In this document: positions 51,865-64,000 of the stretch, piece by piece
Layout of the letters: every line of letters starts with the position of its first letter
How positions within the stretch are numbered: position 1 is the first letter of the stretch
Assembly: GCF_044704955.1 (NCBI RefSeq)
Contig: NC_091982.1
Span: forward strand, 103,788,001-103,852,000
Direction of reading: 5' to 3'
DNA: 64,000 nt
Source: Pristiophorus japonicus
Lineage: Eukaryota
Translations under genes and position numbers: made by a program
The notes under the pieces: generated by a model
Seen by the model: the letters and a program-made list of their open reading frames with translations, nothing else
Databases searched by the model: none
Told to the model about the DNA's origin: nothing

Positions 51865-54800
51865 TTGTAGAGCTGTTGCATTGTGAGTGGCTTAGTCAGT
51901 CACGTGATGTTCACAAGACTCAATAATACACCAGTCGGTTGAGTCTAGGTCATCCACAATGAGGTTGTGAACCTAGTGGATGAACTGGTAATGTGTAATG
52001 TTTATTTGTTAATAAACCAACTAGTTTTTAATAGCAATGTGTTTCTATGAATTCTTAAGCAAAGAACCTATGAAGTAAATACATTACAAAATGGTGAAGA
52101 GAATGGGAGTTTCATCATGAAGACATTTTGGTGGAATTTCCTTTTATGAGAAGGCAAATGCAAGTGGAGTACAGCAAGCAGTTATATCGGCAGCATAGTC
52201 CCCAAATGAGAGTCTGGCCGTAACATTTTTTTTTGTGAATAGTGAACAGTGTTGAACTGACAAAAGGAGCTTGTGGAAAGCCAGAGTCATTGAAAAGCAA
52301 TTCAAGATTATCAAGAGTGATTAACGGCTATTAAGCGAAGCTAAGAAGATAACATGGATGTGACAATTATGTCAGTAATTTGGGAGCTTTTGATAAGAAT
52401 AAGGAATCATTTAGATCCTACAGTAAAAGATTGCAAATGTTTTTTTAAAGCTAATGACAGCAATGAAATCTCAGCAGGTGTGGCAGGTTCACAATTAAGC
52501 AATCAAGCAGTTCAGGCGAAGCTGAAAGCTATTCTGTCAGTCATGATTGGAGCAGAGAATTATAGTATCTTAGTGAATTTGTCAACCCCGAGAAAGGTTA
52601 AGGATGCTTCATTCTCAGACGTACTACTGATATTGGAGAATCATTTAGAAATAGCGGAGAGCTACAAGTTCGTAATCAGAAACCAAAGACCTGATCAAAC
52701 TATCAGTGAATACATTGTTGCCATAAGAAAATTATCTCTACACTGCAATTTTGGAGGATTCTTAAATAGGGCTCTTCGAGATAAATTTGTATGTGGACTA
52801 ACAGATGAATGCATCCAGTCAAAATTGTTAGGTATGAATGATCTCTCTTGAGAAAGCTTGCAAGATAGCCACCTCCATGGAGGTGGCAGAAAAAAATATT
52901 AAGGAATTTCACCCATTATCAGCAGTAGTAGCAGTTCACAGCCACTGGGCTGTAGAAACAAAGAGGATAAGTCAGAGGGAGAGTTATGAAACCAAGAATA
53001 ATCAATGTCATAGGTGTAATGGCAACCATACCGCACAACAATGTCAATTCAAGTGGGCAAGATGCTACTGGTGCCAAGTAAGGGAACACATTGCAGCCAC
53101 ATGTAAATCCAAGGACAGGCCCAATGATAATCAAAGACTTCACTGGGTGGAAACTGATCAGAACAGGGTAGGTTTTGGTCTATAGGCAGTGAAGGGCAAG
53201 GCAATATATTCCTCGTCAGGATTTCAGAACGTTAGTATTGATTAATAATCGATGGATTCCGACGACAAAAAGGTACAGCGGCTGATTGCTCAATAATGAG
53301 TCAGGATGTGTATTACAAGAATTTCAGGGGCACACCATTAAAAGCGAGCTCAGCAAAGCTGAAAACATATTCAGGGAAAAAACTGCAGACCCTTGGACAA
53401 ATGGAGTGTATAGTACCAAACCAGGGGCAACAAGCAAGCTTATTATAGCGAAATACGACAATCGGCCGACACATATGGGCAAAGATTGGGCAAGAGTGCT
53501 TTGTTTGGATTGGTACAACATCTGTAGTACAGAAATGGTTAAGTCTGACTAGATACTCTGCTGGAGAAATATGCTAAGATGTTGAGGACTCATACGAGGG
53601 CATCAAGGGATACAATGCACATAATTGGATTAGGTTGGATGTCAAACCTATTTTTGTAGACCAAGGCTGGTACCATATGCATTAAAATCGCAGGTTGAGC
53701 AAGAGCTTGATAAGTTGGAGAAATAGAGTTTTAGTGAAGACTGAGGAGTGACTGGGCCACCCCGTTAGTTGTAGTTCCAAAGGCAGACAAAACGGTACGG
53801 CTCTGTGGGGATTATAAAATTATTCTGAATCGTGCACTTGATAATGAACATTACCCTTTACTGACATCACAGGACCTGTATGCAGAAATGGCAGGAGCCA
53901 AAGTCATCACAAAACTGGATGTCTCCCATGCTGATGCTCAACTCCACGTTGACAAGGATAGTCAACAGTATCTGACAGTCAACACTCACAAAGGTTTATA
54001 TTCATACACTAAATTGCTCTATGGTATCAAGTCCTCACCAAAGATATTTCAGGCTACCATGGATCAGATCTTACAGGGAATAAATCACTGTTTGTGCAAT
54101 CAAGATGATGTGTTGATAGCCACCGGCACAGAGAAGGTAAACCTGGAAATCTTAGAAGTATTCAGACATTTCAATGACCATAATCTGAAGCTGAAGAGGA
54201 GTAATGTGCATTCATACAGCATGAGGTGCTTTAGCTAGGATTGCAGTTAGATGAAAATGATCAGCAACCAGTTAAGGAGAAAGTGCAAGCCATCATGATG
54301 GCTCCGGAACTGAAAAACATTACTTAATTCCGATCCTTTTTAGGCATGGTCCAATATTATGCTTGTTTCCTTCCTGGACTAGTAATGGCACTCGCACCAC
54401 TCCATTATTTATTAAAGAAATGTGTGCGTTGGATATGGGACAAAGAGCAACAGAATGCATACAACACATGCAAGCGATGCTTGAGCAGTAGTGCTCTTCT
54501 CATCCCTTATAAACTGCCTCGTGAACTAAGACTAGCATGTGATGTCTCTGGGCATGGTGTGGGAGCAGTGATCAGCCATGTTATGAATGACGGGCAGGAA
54601 AAAACGGTTGCCTTTGCATCATATATGGTCGACAAAAGCAAACAAAATTATGCCCAGATTGAGAAAGAGGCTTTCGCATTTATATTTGGTATTAAAAAGT
54701 TACCAGTTTTTTTGGGGACGCCAATTCAAGCTAGTAACTGATCACAGTTACTAGCTATCCTTAGCACAAAGGCGGAAATTCCATCTATGGCAGCCTTCAG

Positions 54801-55751
54801 GATGCAAAGATAGGTTATTTTTTTGTCTCCGTATGATTACAAAATCGATTATCATACATCAAAGCAGAATGCAGTGGCAGATGCCCTTTCAAGATTGTCT
54901 CATGAAGATTCTGAAATTGGCCGTGAACAGTCAATTTTTACTCTAGATGTCGTTGATGAGGATTTCCCAGTCACCACCTCAGTTATTGCAGAGCACACAC
55001 AGAACGATGCCACGTTACAGTAGGCCTATTTTCGGTTCTGGAGCTATGCGAGGATGGTCTGACGATCAGACGCATTTAGACAAATCAGATCGAATTATCA
55101 TGTGAGCAGGGATGTCAAATTTTTGTCTTATAATACTCCTGTGAAGCACCTTGGGACATTTTACTACTTTAAAGGCACTATATGAATACAAGTTGTTGCT
55201 GTTGTTGTTGTTTAAAATGGGGCCGAGAGTAGTAATTCCCAGTGCACTATGGGCCAAAGTCTTGACGGAACTTCAGAGTTAGCATACTGGCATGAAAGCA
55301 AAAAGGTTTATTGGCCTGGGTTGGATAAAGACTAAGAAGTATTAGTTAGTAACTGTACGATGTCAAGACTGCAAGGCCATGCCAGCTAAAGCGCCGCTGC
55401 AAACATGGACTTGGCCAACATTCCAAAGAATACATATTGATTTTTGCAAGAGGGGCAGTGATAATTTTCTGGTTCTAATTGATAGTCATTCAAAATTGCT
55501 CGAAGTACAACATATGGAGTCATCTACTACTACAGAGCGTATATTGCATGAATTACTCGATATTTTTGCATGCCATGGTCTGCCTGAAGAAATGGTGTCA
55601 GACAATGGACCGCAATTTCGGTCCATGAAATGTGCCAGACAACGGTAACAAACACACATTGGTAGCACCATATCATCCTGCTTCGAATGGTGTAGCTGAA
55701 AGATCGGTCAGAATTGTCAAAGGGGCTTTGCGGAAACAAGTTCTACAGACT

Positions 55752-57164
55752 TGTAGAAAAGAGGCAGACAAAAAGCAGGAAACTATAGACCAGTTAGCCT
55801 AACATCTGTGGTTGGGAAAATGTTGGAGTCCATTGAAGTAGTAGCAGGACATTTGGAAAAGCATAATTTGGTCAGGCAGAGTCAGTATGGATTTATGAAG
55901 GGGAAGTCATGTTTGACAAATTTGCTAGAGTTCTTCGAGGATGTAATGAACGGGGTGGATAAAGGGGAACCAATGGATGTGGTGTATTTGGACTTCCAGA
56001 AGGCATTTGACAAGGTGCCACATAAAAGGTTACTGCACAAGATAAAAGTTCACAGGGTTGGGGTAATATATTAGCATGGATAGAGGATTGGCTAACTAAC
56101 AGAAAACAGAGTCGAGATAAATGGTTCATTCTCGGGTTGGCAATCAGTAATTAGTGGGGTGCTGCAGGGATCAGTGCTGAGACCCCAACTATTTACAATC
56201 TATATGAATGACTTGGAAGAAGGGACAGAGTGTAACATAGCCAAGATTGCTGACAATACAAAGATGGGAGGAAAAGCAATGTGTGAGGAGGACAGAAAAT
56301 CTGCAAAAGGACATAGACAGGCTAAGTGTGTGGGCAAAAATTTGGCAGATGGAGTATAATGTTGGAAAGTGTGAGGTCATGCATTTTGGCAGAAAAAAAA
56401 TCAAAGAGCAAGTTATTATTTAAATGGAGAAAGATTACAAAGTGCTGCAGTACAGCAGAAACTGGGGGTACTTGTGCATGAAACAAAAGGTTAGTATGCA
56501 GGTACAGCAAGTGATCAGGAAGGCCAATGGAATCTTGGACTTTATTGCAAAGGGGATGGAGTATAAAAGCAGAGTCTTGCTACAGTTATACAGGGTATTG
56601 GTGAGGCCACACCTGGAATAATGCGTGCAGTTTTGGTTTCCAGATTTAAGAAAGGATATACTTGCTTTGGAGGCAACTCAGAAGGTTCACTAAGTTAATT
56701 CCAGAGATGAGAGGGTCGACTTATGAGGAGAGGTAGAGTAGGTTGGGCCTGTACTCATTGGAATTCAGAAGATTGAGAGGTGATCTTGTCGAAATGTATA
56801 AGATTATGAGGGGGCTTGACAAGGTGGATGCAAAGGAAATGTTTCCACTGATGGGGGAGACTAGAACTAGGGGGCATAATCTTAGAACAAGGGGCTGCCC
56901 ATTTAAAACTGAGACGAGGAGAAATTTATTTTCTCGGAGGGTTGTAAATCTGTGGAATTTGCTGCCTCAGAGAACTGTGGAAGGTGGGACATTGAATAAA
57001 TTTAAGTTAGAGATAGACATTCTTAACCAATAAGGAAATAAGGAGTTAAGGGGAGCTGGCAGGGAAGTGGACCTGAATCCATGATCAGGTCAGCCAAGAT
57101 CATATAAAATGGCAGGGCAGGCTCGAGGGGCCGTATGGCCGATTCCTGCTCCTATTTCTTATGT
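55752..57164 (+). mobile_element. CR1 3' portion inserted in the Gypsy integrase
   Basis: RT motifs and 3' tail; AGACT on both sides is a possible TSD; integrase resumes as LANFLFKYRTMPHSTTGYTPAELL. Confidence 0.9.
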
Positions 57165-58171
57165 AGACTGGATCATCGGTAAGCATGAAGCATGGGTTAG
57201 CAAATTTTCTGTTCAAATACAGAACTATGCCCCATTCTACAACAGGGTACACACCTGCTGAATTATTGCTGAAGCGTAGGCTGAGGACGTGTCTCAGTTT
57301 ATTGCAACCAAACTTGTCTGATATGGTAGAGAAGGCACAATTGGTGCAGAAAAGTCATTATCATTTCAGTATTAAAGAGAGGTGCTTTCAAAATGGTAAT
57401 CAGGTCAGAGTTCACAGTCTGTCAAAAAGGGCAAGTCCACACAAATTGGACATTGGTACAATTATTCGGCTATGTGGCACCAAGAAGTACTTGGTCAAAA
57501 TTGGTGAATACATCAGGAAGTTTCATGTGTTTCTTGTGAATGATGCACCTTCGTTACCATGAGTAGATGAGTACAAGGCTGACTTGGCGATGATCAGAGT
57601 GATTTGGCAGGTCCAAGTACTTCAACAGACACAACGTCCATATTCAATTCAGATGCAGCCAATTGAAGGCAGTTGTGCGGGTATGGAACAATCTCGCAGA
57701 GACTCTATCTTCCAAGGGAGGAGGTGGAGTTGGGGTTCACTTGAGAAGATCAATGAGAAAACACAAACCAACGAGACAGGATATTAATAACTGGGAATAT
57801 CAAGATCTTAGGAAGAAAGCTAACACTTGGACTGATGTAAGGGTTTCATGGAAACTCAAGAGAACACAGGAAGATAGAGGTCAGGAATCCTGGGCTACAC
57901 GCTCTGAAAACAGAAATTCCCCAAGACAGTCTCCCGAGTCAAATAAGAATATTGAAAATGTGGCTAGCCAGGCAATTGCAAAGAAAGGAGGTCGGAGCAG
58001 GAGAAAGCTAAAAGCTTACAAGATACTCAGGCTCAGCAGTTGAATTTGTAAAATTGTAATCATAAGTAATCTTTTTGAAATATTGTATAAAGACCTTGCT
58101 TCTAAAAAAAAGGGAAGCAGTGCAATGTATGCACCAGAGTGTGTATGCTCACAGGTTTGTAGAGCTATCGC

Positions 58172-58681
58172 CTCCCTTCCACCTGCAATTTCTGCAGTCT
58201 GGAGGAGTCAGTTTTACACATCTATGTACAATGTGAGGTTGCATTATTCCATTATTTAAAGGGGCTGCGCCTCAATTTTTGGCTGCACTTCTGTCCCATG
58301 CTCCTGATCTTTGGGCACCCGGTGCGGAGGGGAGCAAGAAAATCGGAGGGCCTCCTCAAAGAACTGCTCCTGGGCCTGGCCAAGATTGCCATTAACAGGT
58401 CCAGGCAGAGGGTGGTCGAGGGGGTCATTGAACAGACTGGCTGCCTCTCTTCTGCAGCTACGTTCGCGCCTGGGTGTCCCTGGAGATGGACACGTGATGT
58501 CCACCGGTATATTCGAGGCCTTCCGCGACAGGTGGGCATCAGAGGGACTGGAGTTTCAACATGGAACAAAATTTGAGTTTAATTTAATGTGTCACGGTTC
58601 CCTTTAATGTTTGTTAGTTAATTTGTGGTTTGTGTGCCATTACAAAATGGGGCACTTGTATGAACGTTCTACCCAAAATAG
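58172..58681 (+). mobile_element. Tx1-clade 3' fragment C in the 3' LTR
   Basis: CNFCSLEESVLHIYVQC knuckle, ELLLGLAKIAINRSRQR; ends AAAATAG; flanked by ttgtagagctatcgc and ttgtagagcggttac. Confidence 0.82.
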
Positions 58682-59487
58682 TTGTAGAGCGGTTACATTG
58701 CGAGTTGCTTAGCCAGTCACGTGATGTTCACAAGACTCCATAAAACCCCAGTCAGTTGAGTCTAGGTCATCCGTGATGAGGTATGCAGTTGTGAGCCTAG
58801 TGGATGAACTGGTAATGTGTAGTCTGATTGTTAAACCTTTGTTAATAAACAAACTAGTTCTTAATAGCAATGTGGTGCTATGAATTCTGAAGCAAAGAAC
58901 CCTTGAAGCAAATACATTACACTGAGTTATGTTTGGATCAAGGCTGTAACTTGTTGATTTTTGAATGTGGCCTGGGTTATTCTTCCTCCCTTTGAGGAAG
59001 CAGCTGCTGCTACTACTAGGATCTCCTGACAATACAGTAAGCCACTGGAAACTTGCTTTGAACCTTCCGATGCAAATCCAGAGGAATATTATTAACCCAC
59101 GCGGTGGGTAACTGAAAGGCTCTGAATCGTCCGTACATTTACACCTTGCTCAATTTAATTGCCCACTGATTTCAATGGAAAGTAAAATTGGGTGAGATAT
59201 AAAACGGTTGACCCATCCAAACCCCTCCATTTCCCGTTGGGCCAGAGAGATTCAAATTAAACCCCTCGCCCACCCTGCCAGATCCCCACCACTCTTGATG
59301 TGCTGGGGTAATAAATTAGCTAAGTTGTGACTCCACAGCCTTAAATTGCCCTGTGGAATAATCAAAATTTCCACAAACGTCTTGGTTTAAAAAAAATGCT
59401 TAAGCTTTCGAGGTCTCATCAGAGAGGTCAACACTGGGTTCAAAGTCACTTTCCAGAAATACATGAGATTCATCTAGATAGTTTTAC

Positions 59488-59683
59488 CTTCCAGCAGACT
59501 CCAATCAATGTCTTGATTTACAGGTTTCTGAAGTGCTGGATACTTGTTGAACAGATTAGCTACAAATGCCAAATTCAGTTTAGGGTTCCCTTGGACAACA
59601 TCTGCTGGGGTCACAAACTGTCTGCAGCCCAGTCTGTCTGCCTCCTGCAACATGTATTCAGCTCGCTTCATGTCATCTTTCTC
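59488..59683 (-). CDS. PLS3: Plastin-3 coding exon (196 nt)
   Basis: tgtag|...|gtaaaa boundaries. Encodes [65 protein letters not shown](G); overlaps ORF 59474..59671. Confidence 0.95.
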
Positions 59684-61483
59684 CTACAATAATTCAAACA
59701 ACAACATAAGTGATAATACAGTGAGTCAAACGCTCCTTAGTATTCATCATCATTTACCGATCTTACATTCTTAAAATAATGTTCCTGATTTTGCGATAGT
59801 AATGACAGTGAAACTGTCAGCATTCGCCGTCATTAGTCCTCTGAAACGGACCATAACTTCAGGATTTAGCGCCTGTGCAGATAAACGTGGAAATCCTGAA
59901 GTTGCAGTCAGTCATTCGCTGCTCCATCACAGGTTGCGCTATGGAACTCCCCAGAGTCAGCAATCAGTGAAATCATTTAAACTGACGAAAATGTCCCCTT
60001 TTTCACGGTTTAAAAAAACCCTAAAATGTTGAGTCTTGCTAAAAGAGGTGTAACTGGGTTTTAACGGTGTACTGACTGAACAACCGTTCTGCCCCAGAAA
60101 AATTAATTTTTATATTTGTTTATTAACCCCACATCTTTACTTCATTTTTGTGTTTTTTCTCCAATTTATTTAAGGCTGTATAAATAGCATATTGAATTAG
60201 TTAATACACACCACTGCCACCTATCTTAGTTATTTAGTGCCATTTCTCCCCATTTTAAGACTGCTTTATATTCATGTATGACCAATCTTTAATTAATTTT
60301 TCCCAGTTTCACACATTTTTTTAATTACTCCTTTCTCTTTCCTTTCCCGTGTCCTCTTCCCATTCTCTGCCCCAGTCGCCTCACCCCCACCCCCCTCTGC
60401 CCTCCCTGTCGCCCCCTCCCCACCCCTCCGCCCATCGCAGTACTGAAAGTGATGTCTTTATTCACGCATCAGATTTTAAGTTGCATCAAAATTACACTTC
60501 CTAACTGATCATTAAAACATCCCGGTCTTTGTACCTCTCCCAAGTCCGTTCTCAGAATTAAAATGGAAACGAGTTTTCAAACTTTCTCGCCACCTTCTTG
60601 TGAAATGAGGCCATGCAGCACAAGTTATAAGTTTGTGAAGAGAGTGCTTTTGTAAGCTTTAAAACAGTGTGGGAGCATTAACAGGACAAGTTGATGGCTG
60701 TGATGCAAGTAATGTTAAAATGCTGGAGCAGACAGCTAAAATCTCCATTTTTATGGTTATTTCCCTTTTTCTATGGAGACTAATTTCAGGAATGCTTTCT
60801 CCCATTATTAGCCTCAGGGGCATCTGTAGGAAAGCCCTATCCATCAGCATCAGAACAGTTTCTGGTTGTCAATCATTATGCATCTGAGTTTTGAAAATTC
60901 AGAGGCAGCCGAGTTAAGCTCGTGCACTCAGCTGGTTTCTAAGGGGAAGAACTGTCCTGTTTGAAGATGACTGACATCCAGGACTGGTATACTGACCACA
61001 GGAGACGTTCCTCATTCACCCTCAGTACAGGAAGCTCTCTGCAGAGAGGGGAATCTCATGGGGCACAATAGGAACCAAAAACACTCCTTTCAAGGTTATG
61101 CTAAACTGCTCAACAACAAAAAACTAAAATTTTAAAAAATTGTCCTTCTCCATTTTCACTTCATAAAAACAAATGATTTCAACAGCTTTAATAGCAAAGA
61201 TTTTATAATCTGAACTCAGGTTTGCTTATCTGATTAAACAGTTAAAAACTCCAAGATGGCAGAAAGCCTTAAAGTTTTGTACAAATACCGTACTCCACCG
61301 ACTCTTAGTCCAAGTCAGACCAACAAGTCACTAGTTAGTAAATTATATATTTATTAATTGATCATCATTTACACAGTTTGTGATGCAATTTATTTAGGGA
61401 CTGTAATAAATTATTTCCTCAAAAGTTTCATCAGTTCTTTGGGAATGATTTGTGTGTTATTATAGAGAGACACTCGTACTTAC

Positions 61484-61579
61484 ATTGAAGCCCCGCATGT
61501 TGATGTCAATACATGGTTCACCTTCTTTATTGCCTTTTGGTGAAATCTGATTCAGAAGATGATAGTAGGCCCTTGAATC
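61484..61579 (-). CDS. PLS3: Plastin-3 internal coding exon (first exon visible in window, 96 nt)
   Basis: Minus strand reads ttttcag|GAT TCA AGG...TTC AAT|gtaagt and encodes [32 protein letters not shown], close to the plastin-3 CH2 segment [32 protein letters not shown]. Upstream exons were not found in the window. Confidence 0.93.
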
Positions 61580-62604
61580 CTGAAAACAAACAAAATAGAT
61601 CAGATACAAACACCACTCTTAACAAAAGTAGATGTACTGGAATAGCAATGGTAAGATTTAAACGAATGCCATTTATTGAATTATGAAATGTAACTAAAGA
61701 AGTTGTATATATTTAGCACCATTCATGTCCTCGGGGTGTTCCAAAGTGCTTTACAGCCAATGAAGTACTTTTGAAGTGTGGTCACTAATGTAGGAAAAAC
61801 AGCAGCCAATTTGTGCACAGCAAGTTCCCACAAAGAGCAAAGCATTTAATGACCAGATAAGTAGTTTTAGTGATGCTGGTTGAGGGATAAATATTGGCCA
61901 GGATACCCTGCTGAGATGGGATCTTTTAAGTTCACCCAAGAGGGCAGACAGGGCATCGGTAAATGTCTCATCTGAAAGACCCTCATTACTACTCTGGAGC
62001 ATCAGCTAAGATTATGGGCTCAAGTCTCTGGAGAAGGACTTGAACTCTCAACCTTCTGACTCAGATGAGAGTGCTACCACTGAGCCACGGCTGACACCTC
62101 TCAATTCAGGACAAGCTGAAAATGCCAAATTAAAAGTGTTCCGGGATGAAGGAAGACATTGCAGGTGCAAATTAGGCCAAAGTGGGGACTGGGTCACTGA
62201 AGTCCATATAATCACAGATGGCAAATGGTCATAAATCCAGAGAAAACTTTAAAACCAATGAGTTACAAACAGCAGCATGTTTATTGACCACAAGGTGGCA
62301 CTGCTTCCCTTTTAAATCTGCTCAAAGAACTCTGCAAACACAACAACTTCAAAAGGTCTGACATTTAATCGAAGATGTCCCTGTTGATATTTGTGCAATA
62401 ATCATATAGATTATAGTAGATATAAAGGTTACTAATTCACTAATACATCAGCAAGAAAAATATTCATTAATGATGGTCTACTCAGTCAGAAAGTGGAGGC
62501 AAAAACTCAATCATTGTAAGATGGAAATCGCAGGTCCCGTGATTGGTTGGGGGCGGGGGGGGGGGGGGGGGGGTGGAAGGAGAGGTTGTATTGGAACTCC
62601 TCAG

Positions 62605-63440
62605 ATAATGAAGCAGTCCATGCCTGCATGCAGCAAGACCTGGACAACATTCAGACTGGGCTGATCAGTGGCAAGTAACATTCGCGCCACACAAGTGGCA
62701 GGCAATGACTATCTCCAACAAGCGAGAATCGAACCATCGCCCCTTGACATTCAACGGCATTACCATTGCCGAATCCCCCACCATCAACATCCCGGGGGTC
62801 ACCATTGACCAGAAACTTAAATACTGTGGCAGTATGGGCAGGTCAGAGGCTGGGTATTCTGTGGCAGGTAACTCACCTCCTGACTCCCCAAAGCCTTTCT
62901 ACCATCTACATGGCACAAGTCAGGAGTGTGATGGAATACTCTCCACTTGTCTGGATGAGTGCAGCTCCAACACAAGAAGCGCGACACCATCCAGGACAAA
63001 GCAGCCCTCTTGATTGATTCCCCATCCACCACCTTAAACGTTCACTCTCTCCACCACTGGCGCACCGTGTCTGCAGTGTGTACCATCTACAAGATGCACT
63101 GCAGCAACTCGCCAAGGCTTCGTCGGCAGCACCTTCCAAACCCGCGACCTCTATCACCTAGAAAGACAAGGGCAGCAGGTGGATAGGAACACCACTACCA
63201 CATCCACATTCCCGTCCAAGTCATACTCCATCCTGACTTGGAAATATATCGCCGTTCCTTCATCATCGCTGGGTCAAAATTCTGGAACTCCCTCCCTAAC
63301 GGCACTGTGCGAGTACCTTAACCACAAGGACTGCAGTGGTTCAAGGTGGCGGCTCACCACCACCTTTCTCAAGGGCAATTCGGGATGGGCAATAAGTGCT
63401 GGCCTTGCCAGCAACGTCCACATCCCAGGAACAAATAAAA
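62605..63440 (+). mobile_element. 3' fragment of another CR1-group LINE
   Basis: DLDNIQ, TIYMAQVRSVMEYSPLVW, HSLHHWRTV and KFWNSLP motifs; short 3' UTR ending aataaaa. Confidence 0.75.
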
Positions 63441-64000
63441 GGAAGGCCCCGTGATATTTGTGGGCGGGGGGGGGGGCTGTGGTTTGGGGTGGTAAACCAA
63501 AGGAGGACAGAGTAGTTTTTTTACGCAGCGAGTAATTTGCCAGTTGTCGTAAATCTGTTACCTCTGGTTACCGCCCCTCCCGCCAGTAGAAACAGTTTCT
63601 CCCCACCTACTCTATCAAAACCCATCACTGTTGGTTACCTGTGGCCTTGGGGAAATGGTTCGGATTAAATGCACATGGCGGCATAGCAGTGGTTCTTAAG
63701 ATACTGATCAAGGGAGAAAAGGTCAATCTAAGCAGTGGTGTGCCTTAATAATGCACATTGAGAAGGACATCTAATTGGCAAAGTGCCTGTGCATTTTACC
63801 CAAGTGTCTAAGGACCATTATCATTACTTGTAGAACAATTTCCTGTGTGTAACAAAATCGCAAATCCGTTTATAAAGAACAAGTTTATTACATGCGGTGT
63901 ACAATGATTACCTCCCATAACGTTTCACCTCAACTGCAATTCTTCAACCATTCTCCCTGCATATTTCCCCAACCAAAGTAACCATTTCACATCTACTTCC

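Larger units (their letters stand above)
50838..58921 (+). mobile_element. Full-length decayed Gypsy LTR retrotransposon in PLS3 intron
   Basis: 5' LTR 50838-52088 and 3' LTR 58121-58921 (TG...CA), TSD CTGGG/CTGAG, PBS tggtgaagagaatggga resembling the tRNA-Ser(GCU) 3' complement, PPT ~58104-58120. gag with two CCHC knuckles, RT (KLDVSH...NQDDVL), RNase H (LACDVS...EKEA), integrase (RIHIDF...SDNGPQF). Confidence 0.93.

Noticed and set aside
50872-51879. Three identical 15-bp direct repeats with unique sequence between them, superficially CRISPR-like
   Set aside because: The intervening sequences are 228 and 735 bp LINE 3' ends, the DNA is eukaryotic and there are no cas genes; the repeats are better explained as TSDs.
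61580-64000. Next upstream PLS3 exon (expected LSPEELLLRWAN-type peptide)
   Set aside because: No matching frame found by eye; it probably lies beyond the window.

Overview
This is vertebrate genomic DNA, most likely a shark or other cartilaginous fish, inferred from the repeat families present. The only host gene I can support is the 3' part of a plastin-3 (T-plastin, PLS3) gene on the minus strand. It has eight coding exons between 61579 and 34263, all with GT-AG boundaries and a continuous reading frame, plus a ~1.1 kb 3' UTR. The rest is mostly nested transposable elements: many CR1 LINEs, RTE and L2 fragments, Deu-type SINEs, a full-length decayed PIF/Harbinger transposon with TIRs, TSD, transposase and spliced Myb/SANT gene, several Harbinger-type MITEs, two Gypsy LTR elements and a possible env-bearing retroviral remnant. 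The most striking signal is three apparently independent 5'-truncated Tx1-clade LINE copies inserted at the same 15-bp site (TTGTAGAGCTGTTGC) in the LTRs of one Gypsy element, two in tandem in the 5' LTR and one in the 3' LTR. This points to a sequence-specific retrotransposon that targets another retrotransposon's LTR. All family assignments come from motif recognition, not database searches, and repeat boundaries without a TIR or TSD are approximate.
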